A stretch of DNA of 64,000 nucleotides, taken from Blastocladiella emersonii ATCC 22665. Its lineage: Eukaryota > Fungi > Blastocladiomycota. The translations under genes were made by a program, and so were the position numbers. Under the pieces are notes generated by a model. The model ran no database searches and was not told the DNA's origin. It saw nothing but the letters and a program-made list of their open reading frames with translations. Every line of letters starts with the position of its first letter. Positions within the stretch are counted from its first letter, which is position 1. The stretch spans positions 2,170,001-2,234,000 of the forward strand of contig JANHCV010000003.1 of assembly GCA_025594325.1 (NCBI GenBank), in the 5' to 3' direction. Positions 37,893-50,462 of this stretch are shown here, piece by piece.

Positions 37893-38275
37893 TCAGGGCA
37901 GGGTCAGTTGAGCGGTCCAGGGAAAGTACGGCACGAACGAGAGATCTTTGAGGTAGGGGCGCAACTCCTTGTAGACCTTGAAGACGAAGCGTGGGTGCTC
38001 TTTAGGGACGTCAACATTGGACACGAGCTGCGCCTCGATCGCCTCAGCAATCGTCAGAAAGTTTTCGCGGGTGTCGATGCCCACCGTAGACGTCGTAACA
38101 TTGCCGCTGGCGGAACGCATGTTGTGAGCAAGCTTTTTAAGCAAGTCGTCCATGGAGGGATCAAACTTGCCGTCCTTGGCGCCGTAGTCGCTCCTGACCC
38201 ACAAGCACTCGATGGCGGGGGTCGCGTCCCAACCAGGACCGGCAGGCGGAAGGAGGAAAAAGTTATCCGGCTCGC
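37893..38275 (-). pseudogene. DUF4470-family copy C: only the 3' end remains, joined to the Fanzor element
   Basis: FFLLPPAGPGWDATPA..SDYGAKDGKFDPSMDDL..DTRENF..VYKELRPYLKDLSFVPYFPWTAQLTLP aligns to copy B FVLLPPVGPGSDTTPA..SDYGSHDGLFDPSMDDL..DTRKDF..VYKEINMYLRRLVFTPFFPSTAHLNLP. Homology stops abruptly near 38275. Confidence 0.85.
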
Positions 38276-40470
38276 CCGTCATCGACTCGATTGGGCCGTG
38301 GCCCGCCAGCAGGCCGACCTCGGCGTGCTGGCCGCGGTCAACGGTAGCACGCTCCGTGCTCGTCGTCGTCGCGCCGCCAAGACCGCCGGCCATGAGCGCA
38401 GGCGCAGGCGCAGGCGCCGGTTCCCAAACCCGTACTCGACGCCTGGCCGCGGCGGCCCTCGTCCTCACCCGTCACCGCGCGCGCGCGCCGCTGCCCGCAA
38501 GGCGGCCAACTCGACGGCGTTCTGGGCGGATCGTCGCGCTGCGGTGGCCGTTGAGACGATGCCGCGCCGCCTGCCGCGCGAGCTCCAGGTCTCCAAGGCC
38601 GAGCGCGAGGCGCGCGTCCGCATGGCCAAGCGCCGTGTCCGCGCCTACGCCAAGATCGACGTCCAGGGCCTGTCGTGGCTCGACCGCCTCGTTTGTCTTC
38701 AACGTGCCCGCGACTACTTTGTCGACCGCGAGCTCGTGTTGGCCTCTAAGCCGCGCCCGCGCATGGTCCCCAAGCTCGAGGTGCGCGGCCGGTTCTTCAA
38801 CGTGCCGTTCAAGACGCTCATGGCCGTGGCCGGCATGCCGACCCACGGAAGCCGGGATCCAACATCGCCAACGCGGGGGGTGCCGTGGCCCGCCCGACCC
38901 GTCGCTGACTACAACATCATCGCCGCCAATGATGATCCTGTTGCAGTCGCCGCCGCTCGTGCCCGCGTCGCCGCGTACAAGCTCCAGGACGGCCGCACCG
39001 TCAAGGCCTACTGGGACTACCTGTTGCACTGGTCGTCCATGTACGTCAAGCACTCGCTGTGCTGGCGCCTTCAACCTGGCGCGCAGCCCGTCAACCAGTT
39101 CATCGGGTCCATCAAGATGGACTGGTACTCTGCCCGCGTCCCCATGCACCGCGACAGCATCTACCCGTGCGAGCGCGCCCAGTCTACGCCTTCTACTCGT
39201 GCACTCTCGTCCGCCGAGCGCCTCGCTCTCGCACTTGCACTCAAACCTCCCCTCGTACCTCCTGTTGTCGCCCATAATGACCCACCCCTCGTCGTCTCCC
39301 ACCCTCCAGATCATCGCGTCGCTCGTCGCCGCAGCGCCGGTACCAACATCCACGCTGGCGACATTGACATGGCCAAGGGCATCGACCGCATCACCTTTGT
39401 GGACCCCGGCGCCAACTCGCCCATCACGGCGTTCACAGTCGCGCTCGTCCTCTTCTTCCACATTGTCGCCGTCCTCAAGCGCATCGCCACGATCCACGCC
39501 AATGGCACGCTCGACGACGACGCCCGCGCCGCCAAACTTGACGCGGTGCGCCCAATCCTGCTCGACATCGCCATGACCAACAAGGGCATCAACCACCGCT
39601 TCGACCAGATCTTGGCGTACGAGTTCAACCACAAGACGGGCGCCCGCCTCAAGTCGAGTCGCTCGCGCATGTGGCGCACCGAGTACGGCCTCGACGACCA
39701 CGACGACGACCGCTCGGCGGCGTTGCACCCGGCCGCCGACCCTGCCACCTACCTGCACGCCAAGGTCGACGCCAACGCGGCCGCCGAGGCCGCGACGCTG
39801 ACCGAGGCGCGGCGCACGCGCGTCGGCCGGCTCAGGTTCTTCACGTTCGGGCTCGCGCAGAAGATGTTCGACAAGCTCACGCACGCGTTCAAGGGCGCCT
39901 ACATCCTGACCGGCCACCAGTTCCACTACGGCGGCGTTCGTGTTCATCGTTGTGGTCCTGTTGCCAAGCTCGTCGACCAGCTCGTGCGCCATGGCACCAA
40001 GATCGCCCGCGTCGACGAAAACTACACGTCAAAGCGGTGCGCCGTCTGCTCCGCGCTCTCCACGCCGCAGCAGCGCGCCGACGGCAAGTGCAACCTTGAG
40101 ACGGGCCCGCGCACACCGTGGGGCACCAAGCACTGCCCGCGGTGTCGCGCGACGTTCGGCCGCGACAAGAACGCCGCCTTCACCCTGCTGCTGATCCACG
40201 CGCATCGCCTTCGAATCGCTCAAGCTCAAGGTCCTGTCGCCTAGGTCGTCATGTTGTGCTGTGGTGTTTGTCTCGTCTCCCTCCCTCCCTCTCCTCATCC
40301 CTCCTCTCTCCCAAACGGTTCCTTAGTGTATCATCTGCCCCCGACGTGAGACGGCCCCTGCGGCTCAGGTGCTTCATTGCGCCTTTGGTCCTACGGGACC
40401 CCTCGTGGTGTTGATCGCATTGGTTACGGCCAATGTGGTCACAGGTCTGTGGTCAACAGATCTTGTGTAG
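38275..40470 (+). mobile_element. Non-autonomous or stand-alone Fanzor element; no transposase or TIR recognised
   Basis: The left boundary is the abrupt loss of DUF4470 homology. The right boundary is inferred from the end of the hairpin array, before the PRP4 3' UTR. Confidence 0.55.
38559..40244 (+). CDS. Fanzor (eukaryotic TnpB/IS200-605-derived RNA-guided RuvC endonuclease), Fanzor1-like
   Basis: RuvC-I FVDPG (D at 39402), RuvC-II VDENYTSKRC (E at 40017), zinc finger CAVC...CPRC, RuvC-III RDKNAA (D at 40164), and WED-like FIGSIKMDWYSARV. The frame stays open upstream through the 38275 junction, so the true start is uncertain. Confidence 0.88.
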   Translation: MPRRLPRELQVSKAEREARVRMAKRRVRAYAKIDVQGLSWLDRLVCLQRARDYFVDRELVLASKPRPRMVPKLEVRGRFFNVPFKTLMAVAGMPTHGSRDPTSPTRGVPWPARPVADYNIIAANDDPVAVAAARARVAAYKLQDGRTVKAYWDYLLHWSSMYVKHSLCWRLQPGAQPVNQFIGSIKMDWYSARVPMHRDSIYPCERAQSTPSTRALSSAERLALALALKPPLVPPVVAHNDPPLVVSHPPDHRVARRRSAGTNIHAGDIDMAKGIDRITFVDPGANSPITAFTVALVLFFHIVAVLKRIATIHANGTLDDDARAAKLDAVRPILLDIAMTNKGINHRFDQILAYEFNHKTGARLKSSRSRMWRTEYGLDDHDDDRSAALHPAADPATYLHAKVDANAAAEAATLTEARRTRVGRLRFFTFGLAQKMFDKLTHAFKGAYILTGHQFHYGGVRVHRCGPVAKLVDQLVRHGTKIARVDENYTSKRCAVCSALSTPQQRADGKCNLETGPRTPWGTKHCPRCRATFGRDKNAAFTLLLIHAHRLRIAQAQGPVA

Positions 40471-40490
40471 ATGCCCTGCGCGTTTTGTGT
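40313..40490 (+). ncRNA. Candidate Fanzor omegaRNA (scaffold plus flanking guide)
   Basis: Follows the Fanzor stop and a CT-rich tract (40270-40312). Four consecutive hairpins at 40367-40384, 40387-40400 (UACG loop), 40412-40441 (13 bp, UACG loop) and 40442-40466. Boundaries are inferred. Confidence 0.6.
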
Positions 40491-40564
40491 ACTCCATTCA
40501 TACATATCAAGTCATTCATACGTGACGACGGATCAATCCACACGCGCAACGACCACCAGCCCAC

Positions 40565-43072
<2,508 letters not shown>

Positions 43073-43749
43073 GGTGCAGCGAGTTGCAGCAAGTGCCGAG
43101 CGTTGGTGCGTGTGCGTTACGTTGCGGGGAGGCAGCGACGGGGAGAGCAAACGAAATGAGAGCGGCGACGTGACGTGCACGCGAGTGGTCGCGCACGCGT
43201 CGGGCCTCTCCTTCAGCGCTTCGCTCCGCCGCGAACCACGCTCGCTCTCCATGCACGCCCGCCCCTGCCCGGGAGCGGCCTAATGTAACTGCAATGAATA
43301 CTGACTCACGTTTGGCAGCCGCGACGCGCCCGTAAACGCTACGGCGCGACCGTGGTCCTGTCCGGCGCATTGCTCTCAGTCATCCACAAGATCATGTCGC
43401 ACTCTGTAAAGGTTCGAGAAATGGATGCGGGCGGATTGCGGATTTCTGGCATCTGCCGCGCGAGTCATCGCAAGCAAATCTGGCCGCACAATCCGATCGC
43501 CGTGACTCCTGCACGCTTGAACTTGGATAAGCCCGGCTAGGCCAAGACGAGTCCAGATGTTGCCTGTGCATCCCCATGACCGCGGTATACGAGCCCTCGT
43601 ACGTGCAAACTGCCAAACTGTTGTGTCCTCGCACTGACACGGTTCTCGCCGCCCTAGGCGTGGTACAATCTTGACCCGTTCCACAACTCCGAGATGCGGG
43701 AACCAGATGTCAACGATTTCCTGAGCACAGTATCGCGCGTCACGTCCCA

Positions 43750-45180
43750 CGTCCGCAACATGATCCTCAGTGTCTCTCCCGCTCGCTCGGCAAGTACACT
43801 GAGCGCCAACGTGGCACCCGCGGTGGTGGGCGTCGCTTGCGCTGGTGTCGTGAAAAGTTGCGCGCCGCCAGCGTGAGCGACGCCCTCTGTATTGTACACC
43901 GCTGGCGCCCATGTCGCTTCGCGTCCCTGGCTGCGACCGCTGATGGCTTGCTCGATCGATTCTTAATACATTTGCTCAATCGCTTGTTCATTTTCTCAAT
44001 TTCTTCGGCGAGGAAGCGGCATGGCTGCCCGAACCCAATCCATGGACGCGTCGCGCCACTCACGTGCGTGAAGCCATCGCGAAGCAGCCGTGATAAGCGC
44101 CTCGGACGCAAGGCGTGGTCGGAGTCGAAGCGGTACGGCTTTCACTCGCCGTAAACTCGAGAGCAGGGCCTCTAAAGCCAGCGGGGGCAGTCGCGGCGAC
44201 AACGCGGGCGGGCTCTGTTGAACGGGAGCAGCGACCGAGTTACCGAGCGCGCCGTTTCGGTTTGCACTTAGTGATTCACGCTCATGCATCGTGAAATGTC
44301 GGGCAGCTGGTCCATAGAGTGTGAAAAACGCGTCGCAACGCGTTCAGCTGACGCCCACGCGATCGGAGACGCAGCTCGCCCTTCGCCCGCTTTTGGCTGC
44401 CAAGCCCGCCACACCGAATCTCCTCTCCCTGCCGCCCACCCCCGCTCGGTGACGGCCGCCAAGGTCTCGCGCGCACGCAGGCGTTCAATCGTAGGCTTGG
44501 ACCGCTTCCGTCTGCCTGCATCCGGCCAAGGCCAGCGCACGGGTGGCGTCGATCCGCGGCGACTTGTTTGGCTCACGTTCCGAGGTCGGAGCGCGCGCTC
44601 GCTGTTCGCTTCCGCTCTGCTTCGTGTGGCGCGACCACCTCAATCATAGACGACTCGCCGAAAGAGTCGACTGTCAGATCACGGCCGTGCTCATCGCTAC
44701 GCGGCTCCCGTCGCGAACAGAGAACCACAGCCACTTCTACGTCGACATGAGCGACCGCGCCGCGCTGATCGCTGGCAGTCTGGCATCGAGGAACCTCCGC
44801 CTCGTACGTGCGGCCGTGTCTCGATCAACGTCACGTCCGTGGTCGCGACCACGAAGCTGGTCCCCAGCACCGTGGCCCCCTTATTTTATTCTTTCCTCAC
44901 TGGTACCGCCCAAAGTAGCTGCACGCTTGCGTGCCATCGGTGGTGGTGGGCGTCGCTCGCGCCGGTGCCGTGAATAGTTGCGCGCCGCTGGCGCGAGCGT
45001 CGCCCTCTGTGTCTCGTACACGGCGGGTGTTGCGCATTCGAGCGGTGTCGTGTGCAAGTCCGTCGAGTGCCTTTTGTTGTTCATTCTCATACATGTCACT
45101 TTCGCTTCTACCCCGATCGTGCACCGTGAATCGCTTCACTCGAGGTGGACGCGCCGCGCCACGCACGTGGCGCCGTTCGC
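43750..45180. repeat. Diverged direct duplication of a ~300-bp unit (about 43750-44070 and 44890-45180)
   Basis: The cores 43822-43899 and 44942-45021 are ~85% identical (GGTGGTGGGCGTCGCT..GTGAAwAGTTGCGCGCCGC..CGCCCTCTGT). GGACGCGyCGCGCCACkCACGTG is also shared, near 44045 and 45145. Confidence 0.75.
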
Positions 45181-45253
45181 GACCTCATCACGCTCACTTG
45201 CCCGAGAATCAGTTGAGCGAGCACAATTATACTAGTAGTCCAATCCCTCCTTC

Positions 45254-46659
45254 TCACCGAAACAGCTTGGTCAGCGCTACAAACAAGGGCGAGCCGCCCA
45301 CGAGTCAGTGCCATCGTCCGATCCCACAGCTCATCCACGAAGCGAAGCGTACCAGCGCGCTCGGCCGACGATAGAGAGTCGGGGAAGACGACCTGGTACT
45401 CGACGTACAGGTTGCCCTTGGCCGAGGTGGCCTTGGGGACGGGCATGCCCTCGTTCTCGACCGTCTGGATGAACCCGGGCTGTGTCACGCCTGTGCGCTT
45501 GAGCGTCACGGCGCGGCCGTCGAGATGCGTGAGCTTGCGCTCGAAGCCGAGGAGGGCCTACACGCGAGGACGGAGAGTGAGCACAGTTACGGAGTGGAAT
45601 CGCCCAAGAGGAGCGGAATGCGTACGTCGGCGAGACCGATCTGCTGGGTGACGTGAAGATGAATGCCCTCGCGGCGGAACACGGGGTGCGGGCGCATCTT
45701 GAGCTCGTAGACAAGGTCTCCGGGCGCGACGTCGGGTGCGGCGTCGCCTTCGTGCTCGAAGACGATCTGGTGTCCGTCCTCCATGCCGCGCTCGATGGTG
45801 ACGGTGATCTGCGAGTTGGCGCGCTCGACCTTGGATCCGCTGCACACGGGGCACTTGGCCTTGACGACCTTACCCGTAGCGCCGCACTCGCCGCACGCGT
45901 GCTGCGAGGTGGAGAACATGCCCTGCATGATCATCTGGCGCACGATCTGCATGCCGCGGCCGTTGCACGCCGGACACGTGTGGATATCGGCGTCCGACTT
46001 GGCGCCCGTGCCGCGGCACTTGTGGCAGATGGCCTGCTTGGACACCTCGACCTCGACCTCGGCGCCGAGGTAAAAGTCCTCGAGCGTCACGGCCAGCGGC
46101 AGCTTGACGGTGGGCCCGCGGCGCTCGGGCGCGTGGCCGGGGTGGTGGAACCCGCCGCCGAACGGGAACCCGCCGCCGCCGTGGCCGTGGTGGAACTGGT
46201 TGAAGATGTCAAAGGGGTCGTGGAACGGCCACCCGGCGCCGCCGCCCTGCCCGCCCTGGCCGCCGCCCTGCTTGAGCCCCTCCTCGCCGTGCGCGTCGTA
46301 GATGCGCCGCTTCTCGGGGTCGTTGAGCACCTCGTAGGCTACACGGGCGGGCGCGCGTCAGTCCTCGCGTCACGCAGAAACCGCACGGTAAACGCACCGT
46401 GCGACGCCTCAACAAACTTCGCCTCGGCCTCCTTATCGCCGGGGTTCTTGTCGGGGTGCCACTTGAGGGCGAGCTTCTTGTAGGCCTTGCTGATCTGGCG
46501 CTTGTTGGCGTCTCGTGGGACGCCGAGCAGCGCGTAGTAGTCGGTGCCGGCGGTCGCGAGCCCGGCCGCCGACAGCAGCAGCAGCGCCACGGACAGCAGG
46601 ACCACCAGCAGCAGCGCGTGTCGCCGCGGCACGCGGATGGAGCAGCGCGGGAGATGCAT
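45254..46659 (-). CDS. ER-lumenal type I DnaJ co-chaperone (Scj1/ERdj3-like)
   Basis: Signal peptide [19 protein letters not shown]-domain [17 protein letters not shown]-rich linker, four CxxCxGxG repeats, and C-terminal GEGMP-like ENEGMP..GNLYVEY. Confidence 0.9.
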
Positions 46660-47124
46660 GGGAGAGAGGAGTCTAGCCTCGCGAGTCGATCACGTTGCAA
46701 TGGGCGCGTGGACACGGATCTGCCCAGGGCGCGAGGGGGAGGGTCAAGAGGGCGAGGGAGCGGCAGCGGCGGCGCGGCGCGACCACACGCTGCCAGCGAG
46801 CCAGCGAAGCGGGCAGATCGCCACGTCCAGAGCATCACCTGACCCGGGCGCCACAACCGCGTCTCTCATGCCCTCCCGCCGAGCACGTTGGGCGGAGCCG
46901 ACTTGATGCAACCGTTTCGTCGTGATGAGCCTCATGTATTCTCGTCGGAGTGAGCGGCGCGAGTCCCGGCAGGCGCCCTCGGCGTCAGGTGAACCGCTAA
47001 CGGCGCGGGTCACTTGGCCCGACCGCCCCTGACTCAGCGGTGTCGGACACCGCGCTCTCTCCCAACACCACAACCGCACTCCCATGAAGCAGACTCGCGA
47101 CCACGCACCACTTGCAGCAACGCC

Positions 47125-48499
47125 ATGACCTCGATCCACACCCACGGCCTGGCCATGCCGTCGTCGGTCCCGTCGCTCGCCGCGTGCACCGCTCTGTCGC
47201 TCGCCGCCGCGGCTGCGTGCCACTGGTGTATTCCGCGCGCGTCGTCAATATTTATTCAGTCGGGGTTGCGCGGGACCGACCTGGGTAAGCGTGGGCTTCC
47301 TGTCCTGTACGCACACATTCGCCACCAGCAGTCCGCTAGTGTCTCACCCTCCATGGAACCGTAGACCCGAAAGCATGGGCCTGATCGCGGGCCTCATGTA
47401 CCTCCTGGTCCTGATCCTCATGATGCCCGTGCTCTTCATGACGTGGGGCCGGCCGGACGCGCCGCCCGCGCTGGACCCGTTCACGGTGCACAAATTCACC
47501 TCGTACCTGTCGGCGATCCTGTCGATCCTCGCCATGCTGTTTCTCGGGTTCGCCGACGACGTGCTCAACATCCGGTGGCGGCACAAGCTGTTCCTTCCCG
47601 CGTTCGCCGCGCTGCCGCTGCTGTTCGTGTACGCGATCGAGCACGGCGTGACGTGGGTCGTGGTGCCGAGCCCGCTGCGCGCGTACCTGGGCCGGATCGT
47701 CGACCTCGGCCTGCTGTACCACGTGTACATGGCCATGGTCGCCATCTTCTGCACCAACAGCATCAACATCCTGGCCGGGATCAATGGCGTCGAGGTCGCG
47801 CAGTCGCTCGTGATCGCGATCGCCGTCGCGCTGAATAGCGCGGGCCACCTCGCGGCGACGACCAACCCCGTGACCATCGAGACGCACCGGTTCGCCCTTC
47901 TCCTCACCCTGCCCTTCCTCGCCGTCAGCGTCGCCCTGGTCCGGTGGAACTGGTTCCCCGCGCGCGTGTTCGTTGGTGACACGTACACGTACTTCGCGGG
48001 CATGGTGTTTGCCGTGGTCGGGATCCTCGGCCACTTTTCGAAAACCATGCTGCTCTTCTTCCTCCCGCAGATCGCCAACTTCCTCCTGTCGCTCCCGCAG
48101 CTCGCCCACGTGCTCCCGTGCCCGCGCCACCGCATGCCGAAACTCGACGCGAGCGGGGCCGGGATGCAGGCGAGCACCGCGTCGGCGCCACTCGCCAAGA
48201 TCGGCCGCGCGGGGCGTGTCGCGCTCGTCCTCGTCGCGGCGCTCGGGCTCTCGGACGTGCAGTTCCACGCCGTCAAGATCTACCCGCACAACGACGACAA
48301 CGAGGAGGCCGAGGAAGAGTGGGTCACGTTCACGAACCTGACGCTCATCAACGCGATCCTCGTGCGGCTCGCGAGGTGGGCCGGCCGGCCCGTCGTGCAC
48401 GAGGCCGCGCTCGCGTGGTGCGTGGTCGGCGTGCAGGTCGCTGGGTGCGCGGTCGGGTTCGCGGTGCGGTACGGGCTCGCGGGCGTGTTCTACCCGTGA
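47125..48499 (+). CDS. ALG7: UDP-GlcNAc:dolichyl-phosphate GlcNAc-1-phosphotransferase
   Basis: PESMG, LGFADDVLNIRWRHK, FCTNSINILAGINGVE, FVGDTYTYFAG, HFSKTMLLFF and PCPRHRMP. One intron ends at 47364. Confidence 0.95.
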
Positions 48500-48568
48500 C
48501 GGCCGTGCGTGGGGGTGGGGTATACATCGTTATAAATATAGTCGTATTCGCACACACACACGGGTTCG

Positions 48569-50029
48569 CTACACGAGATTTGCCTGCGGGGACGGTGTGG
48601 TCAGTGAGGTGCGGCTGCGGGAGAAGGCCGGGCGGCGGCGTACCATGGCCAGGTTGATTTTGATGATGATTTTCTACACCCCGCGGCGTGACACGTCAGT
48701 CGAGCACGGTCACCCAACCTAAACCAACACGCGTACCTGGACCGTGTTGAGGACCACCTTGATCTGGCTCGTCTGCGTGGCCCACGTGAAGTGGACGTAC
48801 ATCTTGCGGTCCTCGGCGCGGTTCAGCAGCAGAAACTTGCGGCCAAAGAACTCGCACCCGCCCTCGTACGACCCCTCGTCGCCCGTGTAGTCTGGGAACG
48901 TGCGCTTGATGGGCGACCGCTCGAGTTTGTCCTTGAACACGTCGATCTTGTTGAGGAACACGATGAACCCGGTGCGCGTCATGAGCGGGTGGTTGGCCAC
49001 CTGCTCGAACACGGCGAGTCCTTCCTGCAGTCGGTTTGTGACTGGGTCCTCGGGCAGCGGCACGTCGTACCCGCTGAGCGCAGCGACGAAGAGGACGCAT
49101 GTGCAGCTGTCGAAGAAGGGCAGCCACGCGTGCCGCTTGTTGTGCGCGCCCACCACGTCGTAGATCTTGCACTGCATCCCGTTCTACACGCAAGGGGATG
49201 CGGTTAGCGCGGGGACACGGCCCGGATGGTGACTGCGAGCGTACAAAGTTGATGCGGGTCTCGGTGATGGCCGAGGTCGGCAGCCGCGCGAGCAGAATGT
49301 GCTCGTTGGTCGGGACGTAGTTGGCGGCGAGGATCGTGGCCGCGTTTTCGATGAACCTACCACAACCCGAGCAAGCGTCAGCATCGCATCCGCATCCCAC
49401 CCGCAACCCACGAGAACCGTACGTGATGGCCGAGTCGAGCAGCTGAAACTTGCCATCGAGCCCTTCCCGCATCGCGCCGACAAACTTCTTGTCCGCGAGC
49501 AAGAGCTGGAGCGCGTCGACAACCGTGGGCGCGGCCGACTCGGCGCCGTTGCGCAGGAGGTCGACGCCAGTGCGGATCGCGCTGGCGGGTTTCCCGAGGT
49601 CGCGGTTCGTCGCGGCGCAGTAGTCGAGGATCCGCAGCAGCGCGTCGTACAGGTTCCCGCGGATCACGCCCGCCCACGCGTCCATGTCCATCATGCCGGC
49701 GCCCAGACCGGTCTCGCCGTTCACGGCGGCCGTCGCGGTTGGGAGCGCGGCGCCTGCCGCGTCCTTGTCGACCAGCGTCCCGTGGTTGATGAGCTTGAGC
49801 TGCTTCCTACGCGCGGCGGAGCGTGAGCAAACGTCTACCTTCTCGGCACTCACGGAACTTACAAAACGGTGCTCTTGCCCGATTCGGTCGTCCCGAGGAG
49901 CAGCAGCTTGACGAACTCCTCGTCGGTCTTGCGCTCGGCCTTGAGCTGGCGGTCGATCTCGGCCGACAGCTTGCGCGCGGCGGCCGCGGCGGCGCGCGTG
50001 ATCCCTTCTGGGGGCGGTGGTGGGGTCAT
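48569..50029 (-). CDS. Heterotrimeric G-protein alpha subunit, atypical
   Basis: SAEIDRQL..KLLLLGTTESGKSTVLKQLKLI, YVPTNEHILLARLPT, DVVGA, WLPFF..LFVAALSGYD, FLNKIDVF, HFTWAT, and C-terminal IIIKINLAMANLV. Five to six short introns. Confidence 0.9.
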
Positions 50030-50462
50030 TGCATAAGCCTGTCGTCGTTTGCGTAGCGGAGCGAGAGTCCTCGATCAAGCCAGAACCGACCCCGTCGCGC
50101 GTCACGTCACGCGCTGTGGCCCAATCGGGCGGGCCTCGTGCGAGTGCGAGGCGGTCGGCGGCGCCTCGCGCCCAGGCAAGCGCGTGCGTGCGTTGTTCGG
50201 GCGTGCCTCTCGCTGCCGGCGGAAGCGGTGGGCCGGACCGAGGCGACACGCCGCGACACGACGCGTCGGCTTATCGAGGCGCGAGGCGCGAGACGCGTCT
50301 CCCGGCGCTCTCCGCACGTGCGCGCGGTGGAGACATCCCGGCCGCCCGGTTTTTTCCGCCGACGTGTCCCGGCTTCCGCCGCGTCGGCCCGCTCGCTTGC
50401 GAGTTCGCTTCATCGCGGCGACCTCCTGCTCCCCATCACAGCCACCACGAAGCACAATAAAA

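Noticed and set aside
39167-39309. Possible intron inside the Fanzor ORF (GTGCGA or GTACCT donors, CCAG acceptor, pyrimidine-rich)
   Set aside because: Both candidate introns (143 and 55 nt) would break the frame joining the WED-like and RuvC motifs, and the unspliced frame is already open.
38260-40490. Terminal inverted repeats or target-site duplication for the Fanzor element
   Set aside because: No convincing inverted or direct repeat could be matched by eye between the two ends; the left end may be deleted.
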